Part shown: piece by piece, positions 1 through 12,005 of the stretch
How the letters are laid out: every line of letters starts with the position of its first letter
How positions within the stretch are numbered: the stretch's first letter is position 1
Notes under the pieces: model-generated
What the model saw: only the letters and a program-made list of their open reading frames with translations
Databases searched by the model: none
Told to the model about the DNA's origin: nothing
Program-made: the position numbers and the translations under genes
Assembly (NCBI RefSeq): GCF_902459465.1
Contig: NC_047077.1
Coordinates: 5,208,001-5,272,000 of the forward strand
Direction: 5' to 3'
Source of the DNA: Asterias rubens
Lineage: Eukaryota
Length of the DNA: 64,000 nt

Positions 1-759
1 CAACCTTTGAAGAAAGCGACAATTTGCAAAACAGCGGATACAGCTCGTTTTCCAAACTTGCACAAAATTACCCCGTTAAGAAATTCCGTGAAATTTGTTA
101 TTGCAAAGCAATGGTGATTTCCCTTGGTGTGCAACCCAGACGTACCGCCATCATTTGACTACAGGGTTCCTTACCCTTTGAGCACCAATCTAACCAAGCT
201 GACTAACTTAGCCAACTGCCACGAGAGGGCGGTATAGCAAGTTTTCATAACATAGCTGATTTGTTTTTGTACACAAGAGTCGAAGCAGTTCAAGAAAAGT
301 ACACGCCCAATTTCCTCTTGAAAACTTGTTTAATTAGGAGGTGATAATAACAAAGTGTATCAAATGAGTGAGTATTACGACTAATGAGGATATGACGGAG
401 GGTTACAAGATGATTTTCTGTATAGGGGCAGAATAGGTAAGAATAAAGAAACCCTTTGTTTGCTTAGTTCAAAATAAATGATTAATTAAATATAAATGTT
501 ATTGTAAAAAATAATATAAAATTTGTAAATCTGCGTTGTTGGATTGTTGTTACCAACAACGTTTCTAAGTCCCCAAAAATAGTCAATGCACAAACTGAGC
601 AAAATTACACCGTAACATACGGCCATAAAATAAAAACCCAACCCTGTCTGAATTCATTTCATTTTCATGATGAATGAAATTCATGTGATTTCTATTTTTT
701 CAGAAAAAAAGGGTGAACAAAACATCATGTGTGTGGAAAACTCATGAACTGAGCTGAAA

Positions 760-3700
760 ATGAGGATGGGGAAAGAACAAGATGGACGACTAACTTATAG
801 GAACTGTGGAGGCTGGTTCATTGTAGGTATGTAAACTATAAAAAGGGTTTTTAAATATTTTTAATCAACAAATACCTCAGCAGAGAGTTTATTCACCCTG
901 GTTTAAGACTGTTCAGATCGCTTGGGGTTTTAAATGAAGATGGAAACAAAGCCCATATTCCGATATTGTTGTGTCAAGACTCAAAGAGGGGAACTGACAA
1001 ATCAATCAATTTATAATGCTTATTTTAGTTTTTTATTTCAAAAGCAAGAGGTTTTGGTGTGAACATCCACACAATGCATATTTTGCGTGATGCGCCAACA
1101 TTGTATCGATTTAAGGTAGCTGGTGAAACCAACATAATGCTCCATAAGTATTTCCATGTATGGTATTGTTATTTATGATTTTCAGAGCTTAATCATAGTC
1201 TCAGTGGGTCTTGAAACAATGCACTCAGAAATTGGCCGCTTCCCAAAAGAAAGTTTAACAGTTTAACTAAAGAATGGCCCTTAGCTTGAGTGAATAATGA
1301 GCATTTCTGAAAATATCGGCAAAAGAAAAATCACAGACTCATGATTGATGTCCAGTCGTTAGTTTACTGGCCCTGTGGTCCAGAGTAAAATTCGAGCCTT
1401 GCCTTTGACCCTGTTGGTTTTATTTGGTGAGGATGTGTACTTTGTAACTCGTTCCCGCCCCCGCCCCCCACACTTTTTATTTTAAATAATAATGTAAATT
1501 TGATTAAATTCTCTTTGATCCCACTCTGCAGTTTTTAGAATTGTCATGCTCCAAGTGGCCATCACGCCTGTGGCTCATTCAACGACAGAGCTCCCACCCC
1601 TGTTAGAGGTTGATTCCCTAACACCAGTGCCTTCAACCAGATCCCTTGCCAGTACTTACCCTCCATTCTTAGATTTAGGAGAAGGTTCACTAAATGAAAG
1701 CGTCACAACAACAATTCCTGGTGTATCAGAAGAGTTTAACTCGGCACCTCCAGGGACTGTTTCAACTATTTCAACTTCAGTGAACGCTGTCATAACATCA
1801 ACTACGGAATGTGTTGATAACTGCACAAAACCCCAGCTCACTGAAGGGGGAACTACAGAGTATGTGGAAACGAGCGAGGATCAATCTGAAATATCAACTC
1901 AAACAAAACCATCAACAGTAGTATTCAACTCAACCAGTCAGCCAGAACCAACAACTCCACTAACATCACAGTCTTCTTTTACATCCACTTCAACTCCGGA
2001 AACCTCAACACTCAACTCAACATCCACAACGCCACGAGTTACAGATGGTTCAACGAGTGGAGTTGACAAATCCACGACAACATTCTCTACTCAACCATCA
2101 ACACCAGCCACCAACAGTCCTTCCCCCACCCTATCTATCACCCCTGTCCCCACCCTATCTATCACCCCTTATATCACACTTCCAAGTACTCTACAAACAA
2201 CAACGCCTGTCAGCGAATCTACACCTTCATCCACCACTCAAAGCAAGGCATCAACTCCAAGTACATCCACAGATTTTATTGCCACAACAATGACTGATGT
2301 AAATAAAAGCGGTTCTGTGCTTACAACACAACAGTGGGTTGGAATAGGCATTGCAATTGCACTAGCTCTTGTACTCTTAGGTGAGTATGTCAAAACTGGT
2401 ATTAAAGGCTATGGACACTTTTGGTAATTACTCAAAATATATATTTAGCATAAAAAATTACTTGGTAACGAGCAATGGAGAGCTGTTGATAGTATAAAAC
2501 ATTGTGAAAAAAATCTCTCTTTGAATAGTTTTTGACAAAATATGGTTCTTTGAATCTGAGAATGACTCCAGGCCTGAAGCCTTTTCTCAGGCATCTGAAA
2601 GCACAAACATTTGTGGAACAAGGGTGGTGTTTATTTCAATATATTCTTGCAATTCTCGGTTCCAAATTGAACTCCAATTTGTTATTTCATGTATGTTGGG
2701 ATACACCAAGTGAGAATACTTGTCTCACATGTCCAATTACTTTAAGGGAGCATCCTACACCCATTCCTTTCAAATTAGTATGACAGTACAGGGCTCGGAT
2801 TTGACACTGGACTCCTGGCATTAGCTTTAGTGGCTTGGGGGGGGGGGGGCACTGACATGACTGACCCAAGGTCTAGTAACTCATGTGGAATTTTCGTTTT
2901 CAATATCTGCAGGTGTAGCAGTGATTTTGTTGACCTGGTTGAGAGCCAGACACAACCTGAGCAAGAAACCAATTATCACTGTCAGTAAAATGGAATACGC
3001 CCAGAGTACCACCCTGGAGAAGAAGACGGACCCACAGTGGCGGAAAAGTCTAACCATGGCACTGCAGTCCATGAACACACACATTGAAGTACCAACAGTA
3101 AGTTTAATTTATGGTGTTGGGGTTTCACACTGACAGCAAATAATTATGTATGATACTTTGGAAGAAAACACAAATGCTACATTGGCGGGATTCGAACCCA
3201 TGACCCCCTGCATTCTAGAGTAACCAGAGGCCAGTTCAACTCCTCATTATCAGGCCAAATGTGTGGGGTTTTCTAACCCATGACGCAACTGTGGGTGCGT
3301 TCGACCCCGCGGTGCTCACTCGGGTGAGCCCTGACCGCGCTGTGCGTGAGCCCCTGGGTGAGCCCCTGCCATGAGCTAATCGAACCATCACACTCGTCCT
3401 CTCGTGGTGATGTCATGCACCTCGGGTCACCCCCATCCAAGTGACCCACTCCACAAGCAGGGCACTGGGGGCCGACCCGGGTGTGACTAGGGAAGCTAAT
3501 CAGACGCACCCATTATTAACCGCCGAACCACCGATGTATATAGGGTCCTACTCCATGTGCTTTTTGTGTCCTTTTTGGAATAATAATAATAATAATAAGA
3601 CTTGTAATGCGCACATATCCACCCTGCTGGGTGTTCAAGGCGCAGTAATGATAATAATAATACACAATGGAATGTCTGGATGGACATTTACATCAGCCGT

Positions 3701-3986
3701 AGGACGGACAGTGAAAAATTGAGGGCCCTCCAATCTGTGTTCTTAGAAGAAGCAATTGGCTTGTATCTACTTTATCCGAACCACTGATTTATATTTTGGT
3801 TAAAATTAGATTGATTTTGGTAATTTTATACTTTTCTTGTATTAAATGCAAACTTTGTACTTTTCTGGAATTGAATTGAAGGTAACAGATAAAGAGATGC
3901 AAGCAGTGGACAATGCAGCATTCAAGGAAGATACAACTGACCCCAAGACAACCAATCAGGACCCTTTACATCTCACAAAGGTTTGA
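760..3986 (+). CDS. Ser/Thr-rich single-pass (type I) mucin-like membrane protein, 4 coding exons, 401 aa
   Basis: Exons 760-826, 1532-2380, 2913-3097, 3882-3986 join in frame through GT-AG junctions (1206 nt). Hydrophobic N-terminal segment (WFIVVFRIVMLQVAI), long S/T/P-rich ectodomain, TM helix WVGIGIAIALALVLLGVAVILLTW followed by basic residues, tail containing DNAAF. The last acceptor (3882) was chosen by frame plausibility. Confidence 0.8.
2406..2741 (-). mobile_element. Kolobok-type MITE family A (diverged)
   Basis: TTAA-flanked AGGC..GGACAC..TTGGTAATT terminus and family A internal sequence, in intron 2 of the mucin-like gene. Confidence 0.75.
3293..3511. mobile_element. Harbinger/PIF-type MITE related to 19149-19513
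   Basis: Termini gggtgcgttcga and ggaagctaatcagacgcaccc. No TSD recognisable. Confidence 0.7.
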
Positions 3987-4081
3987 AATTGACCAATGAG
4001 GATGCTTTACATCTCACAAAGGTTTCAAACCAATCAATGAGGCATCCAATGAGGACGCTTTTACATCTCACAAAGGTTTGA
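3951..4081. repeat. Three about 36-bp repeats spanning the mucin-like gene stop codon
   Basis: ccaat(c/g)agga..ctttacatctcacaaaggttt at 3951, 3992 and about 4045. Confidence 0.85.
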
Positions 4082-5829
4082 CACCGGCTAATGAGCTAGC
4101 TCGAACTCCAAGTTGGCTGCAACAGTATTCCTTTTTTTTTCATGTTGTGGTTTTCTTTTCTTTTTGGAGGGGGGGGGGGGGGTGAAAGGGTGTTTGTTGT
4201 GTTTTATCCAAGCTGGAGGGTTTCTTCTAAGGAGAAGAACAAAATGTCTTAAAGAAAGTGTTGTCCATGGTTATTGCTGTACTTTTCAAACAAAATTTGT
4301 AAGGTGGTGAAGAGTTGTAAATTTTGTTCATCAGGAAATAGTGATAAAATGTTTATTGTGACCACGATGCTGTGGGGGACGCTAGGTGGCAGCAGACTCA
4401 CCTGGTTAATCCACCATTCTTGGAAATGTGCGTATTCTCATAACTGCCTAAAAAGAAAGAAAAAAACACACCTTAATTGTAGTGATGTTGGACTTTATAT
4501 TGCCATGCTTTGTAGTGACCTCAAAATAATTTGAGAATTGGCCAAGAACCTGGGCCACAGGTCCAAGTGATTCTAGCCTTGAGCCAGTGAAGACCAGTGG
4601 TCTTGTGTTTTTCAATTGACTAAAACTCACCTCTGTCACAGTGTAATACAAAAGAAAAGGATGTACAATAATGACTTTGTGCCTTATTGATATCTTACAA
4701 TTGTATCAATAATCAAAGCATAAGCATGTACGTATCCAACTTCGAGGCATACTAAATATACCATATCTAAGCTTAGCAAATGAGATCCATCTTTTCATAA
4801 TGCTTGTGCGATTGAAAACAGTCAGCTTAATTGTGTACCAGGTTCTTTTCTGGTATTGTAAACAAAAATATGGCCCAGTAGACCTATATATTGCAAGCCA
4901 CATGCCCTTAATTCGAACCCTGAGATTCTTTGTTTGTTTGTTTGCTGGGTGTTATGTTGTGTTGTTTGTTTTTTGTTTTGGGGGGTTTTGCTTCTAAATG
5001 TATGCTTTTGTCACAACAGAAATTGATTTATTTGGTGTATTTAATACAGCATTACTATTTAAACAATACCTAAAATTAAAATGTAAGAAAGGTCTGTTTA
5101 TTTAATGATGTTAGTCTTGTACCCTACACAGATTCAAATACCATAGCCCCCCCCCCTCTCACCCCCCCCCCCCCCTAACCAGGGCCCACTTCATAGAGCT
5201 GTTTTTAGCACAAAAAGTAGTGTATGCACAAAAAGAAATTTGCTTACTTGAATAAGGTTACCAACCTTAGTACCTTGTCATATATACAATATGTGACTGG
5301 TATCCTGCTTGTTTTTGCCTAGCAGAACATTTTTAATCAAAAATATTCGTTTCCCTGGATTGTTGCTTTAAAATGCCGGGATAGCTCACTGAGCCAAGTT
5401 CACAATTGGCATGTACTAAGGCTATGTTATGCCAAAAGCGCTATGCATACTTAAAGGAAGTATAAATCGTAAAGTATTGAAAATATAGTATCTATTTTAT
5501 TAGCTAGTTTTTATAAAAACTTTGCTCATAGCATTGTATTTTGTTTCCAATGATTATTTTATACAAGTAATGATTATTTTATACAAGTAATGAGAATGAA
5601 GAAAAGGCATTGAAGTATATCATTTAAGTACAAGAGAAAAATACATGAAATACCAGAAGTTTATTTTTAATGTTGTATTAGGATAATATGCAAAATATTT
5701 CTATTGAAAGTTATTTGACGAATTTAAAAAACAAAAGGTGAACAATAGTAGTTTTAATCATAAAAATTATAGTAATATTGACTTCTTATATGGTGCTCAT
5801 TCTGTCACTCATTTCACTCCAACAATTTT

Positions 5830-6134
5830 ACCCCTGGTTACTTGGCTATTTATTTCATTCCTTAAACCATAAACCATCTCAGCTGATCAGCTCCCTAGGG
5901 GGGGTGTACGTAATTCAGCCTGTGCTGCCAATATGTAGCGCACTAATGCTAAGTCAATCACAAGAGCCATCTCTTTACCGTCACAGGTGCCTTTTTACCC
6001 ATGGGTACACAGAAGTTAGGAAGTGTCTTCCTCAAGGACACAAGTGTCATGACTGAGATTTGAACCAACACCCTGATGTTTTAACCACCAGAACTCGAGT
6101 CTGATGCACTAAGCGGCTCGGGCTACGACATGCC
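5830..6134 (-). mobile_element. tRNA-derived SINE
   Basis: Reverse complement of the 47652 family (cctcaaggacacaagtgtcatgac, gatttgaacc, ctcgggctacgacatgcc). Confidence 0.8.
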
Positions 6135-6861
6135 ATCTTTTACTATAATCAATGGTAGTAGAACTTCATTTAATACTTTTCAACAGTTAAATTGCACAGG
6201 TTATCTTAACATCCATGTTTATTCCTTATTCCAAAGTTTTTTAGAGAGAATTTTTAATAGACTTACATGTTTGTTACTAAAATTGCTAAATCCATTCCTA
6301 CAAAATCAGTTCATTGTTGCATAATAATATTTGTGTGTGTTAAAACACTTAGCCACAGTCTTTCAAATTATTGTATTCAAAGCTGAACACAATGTTGCGC
6401 ACCTTAAATTATGATGAGTAATTGAAAAGAAATATTAATTCAGCTGCATGACACAAATATTTGCATTTGTGAAATAGTACTATAATCTAAATAAATACAG
6501 GGTAAAATGGTGTTATACTTCAGACATATGAAATTCATGCAGACAGAAATGTGTTAAGTTTATATTTAAATATAGATTAATGGAATATATATGATGATGC
6601 AACAAAGGGATTTTTTATAACAAGTTTTCAAATTGAAATAATATTTGCACAATATTGGCTTGGAATTTGTGGTTGAGAGGGCAAGGCCATTTGCATTTTA
6701 CAGGAGGCACTTCCTTTAGGAAATCTCAACAATAATCAGAAGTTGTTAAGGGACACCAAGGCCAAGGCAAGGGCAAAATAACTATACCATGGCCTTGGTA
6801 ATTCCATCCAGGTCTGTAAGCCTAGTGAACTTGTTTAATTTCAAAACCAATTTTTTTTTAA

Positions 6862-7177
6862 CTGACTTGGTAACTAGCATTGGAGAGCTGTTGATAGTAT
6901 AAAACGTTGTGGGAAACGACTCCCTCTGAAGTAAAGTAGTTTTTGAAAAAGAGGTAACTTCTCACTAAAATATTAAAAGACTTCTAGCTAGAAGTCGTTT
7001 ATTCCTATCAGAAAGCGCACAAATTCATCCAACAAGGGTGTTTTTTCTTTCATCATTTTCTCCCAACTCTGATGACCAATTGAGTTCAAATTTTCACAGG
7101 TTTTTTATTTTATGCACATGTTGATACACCAAATGAGAACACTGGTCTTTGACAATTACCATTAGTGTACCTTCCCT
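6862..7177 (-). mobile_element. Kolobok-type MITE family A (partial)
   Basis: Shares internal blocks and one terminus with other family A copies. Confidence 0.75.
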
Positions 7178-7737
7178 TTAAGCAACTTCGGCACAAAATC
7201 ATAAAGTTGGAGCACAATAAAATGCCCAAATTACTATTTAAATCAGAGTTATTCAAACTGGTATGTCTAGTTTTGTAATGATTTTTTGCATTGATGAAAG
7301 CTAAGCTGTTCATCAGTGTGTCATTAAATATGTTGACATGGACTCGTGGAGTAGTGTTCCTAAATTGAAATTTAGTTTTCTGAAATGTTAACCATTCTGA
7401 ATAATAGAACTCAACAAAAAAAAGTTGATTAGAAAGTACAAAAGATTCCTCCCAAGAGGTATATGTATAATAAGTGTGTGTTTTTGTGTTGTTATAAAAG
7501 ATCAAATCAATATTAAAATCTGAAGCTAGCAGGCGAATGAATTGTAGACAGGGCACGAAAACTGTATACTTGGTAAATGTTTTTTGTATACGTATCGTTG
7601 TTGTTTACAAATAAAGCAAAAGTATAAGAGCAGTACAGATAAATTAATTGTTTGGTTGTTTATTTTTGTAGAGGTTGTTTAATTTTCACTGCCCATTTAT
7701 GGCAATTGGCAAAAAGGGGTTTGAGCTAAAAAAAAAA

Positions 7738-8060
7738 ACTCTTGCACTTTAAAACAACTACCAAAAGGGAGCACAAAACTAAAGCATTGAAATTTTATGT
7801 TCTCATTTTTTTCTCTTTCTTTTTCACGTTTATTTGTAATGCCTGGCAATTTTTTAGGGAAAACACTCAAACCGCATTAGAAAGTATTTGTTTGAACTCT
7901 TGCACTTTAAAACAACTACCATAAGGGAGCACATAACTAAAACATTGAAATTTTATGTTCTCATTTTGTTCTCTTTGAGTTTCTTTTTCACGTTTATTTG
8001 TAATGCCTGGCCATTGTTTAGGGAAAATACTCAAACCGCATTAGAAACTATTGTTTGAAA
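7738..8060. repeat. Tandem duplication, about 158-bp unit, two copies
   Basis: cttgcactttaaaacaactacc starts at 7741 and 7899, with high identity along the unit. Confidence 0.9.
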
Positions 8061-8269
8061 TAAACGGCTGCGATTCCATCAACAGATAACCGAATAAAAT
8101 CGGTACAATCGATTCCAAAACGTTTATCGGTTATTCGGAATCTAATTTTGAAAACAAAATGGCGTCGTTTTGTCAATGAATGCGGTCGCCGCTCGATCGT
8201 ATAGTAGAAAACCGGACACGCTTCGATCATTTTAAGTTTGAATGATTTTTCAACTGAGTGATTGTCAAA
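8060..8269 (+). promoter_or_regulatory. Probable promoter and 5' UTR of the Tigger-derived gene
   Basis: CpG-rich patch in AT-rich DNA, YY1-type AAAATGGCG at about 8156, ending in the ATG-bearing micro-exon and a GTGAGT donor. Confidence 0.55.
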
Positions 8270-9759
8270 ATGTGTGGTGAGTACAACAAAATAACCTGCT
8301 TGTAACCAACTTAAAATTATGTTTAGACTTTGCCTACGAGCGCCGCTATCAAAGTTGTAGTACGATTGCTATGCAATTTGCATGCTATCTATGGCACGAC
8401 CCAGTGGATGCAGTTGACAAATCAACCGAGTCTTGAGGGCGCTGTTTAACATGCGTGGTCTCGATCTAAACGTGCAGTGAATGATTAGATTTGTGTTTGT
8501 TGGGGTTTTTTGTTTCCTTTTTTTTAGGGTGAACAAAATTCTCCTTACACAGTAAGCCTACTGTACATTTTCTTCTTGACATTTAAAGTGTGTTAATAAC
8601 CACCCATAGTGCAACTGCAAGCCACTGCAGTGCTAACTAATACAAACTAGATCATCTAAAGTAATACTAGTGCCAAACTTTAGCTAGGGGGGGCCATCCA
8701 CTTCATAATGGGCTAAACATAGAAAGATAGCCATACTTCTATTTCTAACGACTAGCTTGCACATGTAATCAATGGTTTTTTGTATGCAATGCTAACTTGC
8801 ATTTAATGGCAGTGGTTCAAGTACAGGATGTACTTCTTAGTTGCCAAATTTGAACAAACATTAAATTGTTAAGTTCCAAGATTCACAGCTAAAAGTTGCA
8901 TCATGAAATTTTGTCATAAAATTGCAAGTGATTGACTAAATTTTTGGGCAAAACAAATCTCATTCATTCCTAACTGATTCGCATGTTTATTTATAACATG
9001 AGCATCGTCTGTATCCTTTCAGAAACTACAACATTGGCAAACGGAATCAAACGGCTGTCGTTGAGTCTTGAAAAAAAATTGGAAATTATCAAGGCCGTGG
9101 AGGAGCACCCAGAAATCAAAAAGTCCGAACTGGCTCGGCAGTTTGGACTTGCCTCCAGTACCCTATGGACTATACTGAAGAAGCGAAAGGAGATCGTCAA
9201 ATGCAGCAAGTCTTACGAACACTCATGTAAACGCATGCGCCTATCTATCCACAGCGACATTGAAAAGTCCATGCTGTTGTGGATGCAGAAGACGTTGGCG
9301 AAGAAACTTCCAGTGACCAGTGTCACAATCCGTGCAAAGGCCAGGGAGCTGGCGATGGAGTTGGGTCGCAACAACTTCAAGGCAAGCTGGGGATGGTTGT
9401 GTCGCTTCCGGAAGCGTCACCAAGTACTTATTACCCAGCACCTCCAACCTATGGGAACCAAGACACTTGCAAAGGATTCCAGAGTGAAGGCGAAGCATAA
9501 TTCACCCGCCCAAAAGGAACGGGGTGAGGAGCCCGCAGTGGAACTTTCAATGGATGAGTCATATGAAGATGCGATGATGCATCATTCTCCATCGACCAAC
9601 GAGGCATTCCACTTTCTTGCCCGTCTTCAGGACTTCTTCAACAACAGGGAGGAGTCGAGTAATGAAGATTTTCTGCGAATTGCTGGACTGGAGGCAAGCT
9701 TAGTTCAGTGTGGCAAAAATGACCAACAAAGCAAGATTACAGACTATTTTCATCCTTGA
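8270..9759 (+). CDS. pogo/Tigger transposase-derived (CENP-B-like) DNA-binding protein lacking the DDE domain, 247 aa
   Basis: ATGTGTG|gtgagt (8270-8276) splices in frame to tttcag|AAACT (9023-9759). CENP-B N-terminal HTH (KRLSLSLEKKLEII...LARQFGLASSTLWTILK), Tc5-type HTH (LLWM...KARELA...FKASWGWLCRFRKRH), C-terminal QSKITDYF. Confidence 0.85.
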
Positions 9760-10733
9760 AACATTTATTTTAAGTACTTTGGATTTCATTGGAATTACAC
9801 TTTGGTCCAGTAAATGTTTGAAGCACAATGGTCATGCTTTTGAATTGCACTCAATATTATTGTTGTGGACCAAAGTTGGTCTGTTGATTAATTATCGTTA
9901 TTTCCCTTCTTATTTTTTTAATACATAGTTTAATGATTTTAAAGTTTTTTTGTGATGTATTTTTGTAAGTTTTAGTATTTTTATTTTATTTTTTATAATG
10001 AATCCAACCGTATGTGGTTGCAAATAATTAAATAAAAGAAAAAATTAAAAAATTAAAAAAAGAACCTTACCTTACCTTTAAACCACTCTCTATTGTTTTG
10101 GTTTGTAGTGAGTTGGTTAAAACATAAAAACACAATAATACATGCTGTTTAAACTGTCAACAAATGAACACTGTGAAAGAATTTATGTGTTGTCAGGGCT
10201 GAGGGTTTCAGATTTTTGTGCACGTATGAAATTTGGCTTCATACTGTCGGTTTGGATACATCGCCCGAGTCTGTGGAACCATGGCGGAACTAAACCATAA
10301 CTCCTGAACTAGGTTGGTAGCTAGAGAGAGAAAATATGAGTACCTGTGTTTTGCTTTGCTTGGATATTCAGCTTGGAACACTTTCCGGGGACCCTGCAAC
10401 AAGTCTGTCGTGCTCAAAAAGACGTTCATGCAAGCCTATTCCACAGAATCGTTAGCTCGAAGAGTGTTTTCCAGACGTCAATATTAGTCATTCTGGAGAG
10501 AAATTCAAAGTACAAAGGCACATATTATCACCCTCAAGAAATTACTGGATCCGCACATACCTTACACAGGTAAAGCCCCACCCTTATGTATGACATAAGT
10601 CTACTCGTCACGGGCGGAAAGGGCTTCAAATGTTAGTTTTCTGCCCCAAAAAATACTAATTATGTACAAAGGCCCACATGGATTTGCACATTCCATACTC
10701 TACAAACAAGCCCAAATTCAAAGGATTAAAAAA

Positions 10734-10964
10734 AGACAGACACTATTGGTAATTGTCATAGACCAGTCTCCTAGGTGAACCTCAACATAATATGCACAAA
10801 ATAACAAAGCTGTGAAAAATTGAATTGCTTGAATTCGAGACCCCAAAATCAAATTCTAGTAGGATCGAAATCAAATTCAAATGTTTTAGTGAGAACATCT
10901 TTCTCGAAAACTTCAGAGAGAGGGAGGGAGCCGGTTGAGCAATTACCAATAGTATCTAGTGCCT
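10734..10964 (+). mobile_element. Kolobok-type MITE family A (internally deleted)
   Basis: Both termini recognisable (gacactattggtaattgtc ... aattaccaatagt..gcctttaa). Confidence 0.7.
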
Positions 10965-11201
10965 TTAAGTTTTTATGCACACATTAGGATTTTTGGTGCA
11001 CATTTTAATGTGTCCATAATAAACTAATCTGCCATCAAACATTTTGTCAAAATCTGAGTCTACCCACCTCAAAATCACTTTTATAAAAGAGTGATGATTA
11101 GCCTAAGGGTAGTTCCAAATAAATTAAGAAGAATTGATCCGCACATTCGCCCGCTCCCCTCAGCTGCACCAATAATAATGTGTGATAGGTTTAGCACTTA
11201 T

Positions 11202-11546
11202 AGACATTGGACACTATTGGTAATTGTCAAAGACCAGTGTTCTCACTTGCTGTACTCAACATATGCATATAATTACAAACCTGTTAAAATTTGAGCTCAA
11301 TCGGTTGTCGAAGTTGCGAGATAATGATGAAAGAAAAAACACCCTTGTCACACGAAGTTGTGTGCGTTCAGATGCTTGATTTCGAGACCTCAAATTCTAA
11401 ACCCGAGGTCTCGAAATCACTTCGTGGAAAATTACTTCTTTCTCGAAAACTACTCCACTTCTAGAGGGAGCCGTTTCTCACAGTGTTTTACTCTACCAAC
11501 TTCTCCCCATTACTCGTTACCAGGTAAAGGTTTTATGCTAATAAAA
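11202..11546 (+). mobile_element. Kolobok-type MITE family A (3'-truncated)
   Basis: High similarity to 51396-51773. Confidence 0.8.
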
Positions 11547-11784
11547 TATGGGGCCCGGGCGTGGTGTACCAACACTCGCCGTTCTGTCTTCATTGAGCTT
11601 GGAACCTCAGGCATTTGTGGGAAGAATGAACTTCTTTACTTCATCATTGATTGTTAACCCTCGGACTCGGCTCCGAGGTGCGCAGGTGGAGGGCCAGCTT
11701 CATGTTGTTGTTTTTTTTGTTTTTTTATCACTACAGAATGCCCGTATCGACCTACTAATAGGCCCTATATTTTAATTTTTTTTT

Positions 11785-12005
11785 TTACCCATACACCGAT
11801 GTGTGTTAGCACTGTATATACTCGGTACTTTCCCGAGTCCTGTGAAAAAAATATCACAGGCATGTTACTCGGGTGGGTTCGAATCCCACCGAGTAACATG
11901 CCTGTGATATTTTTACGCAGGACTCGGGAAAGTAGTGAGTATACAGTGCTAACACACATCGGTGTATGGGTGAAAACCAAAATTAATATTCTTTATCCCC
12001 GATGC
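11785..12005. mobile_element. Head-to-head fold-back dimer of a tRNA-derived SINE body
   Basis: Arms 11787-11880 and 11881-11971 are reverse complements centred on TTCGAA. A monomeric relative lies at 13855-13975. Confidence 0.85.

Noticed and set aside
3889-3995. Alternative acceptor aacag|ATAAAG for the last mucin-like exon
   Set aside because: It gives a less plausible frame than aag|GTAACAGAT (DNAAF-containing). It cannot be excluded without RNA data.
8983-9022. ORF-track N-terminus MFIYNMSIVCILS
   Set aside because: It reads through a polypyrimidine tract and AG. An upstream ATG micro-exon with a GTGAGT donor splices in frame.
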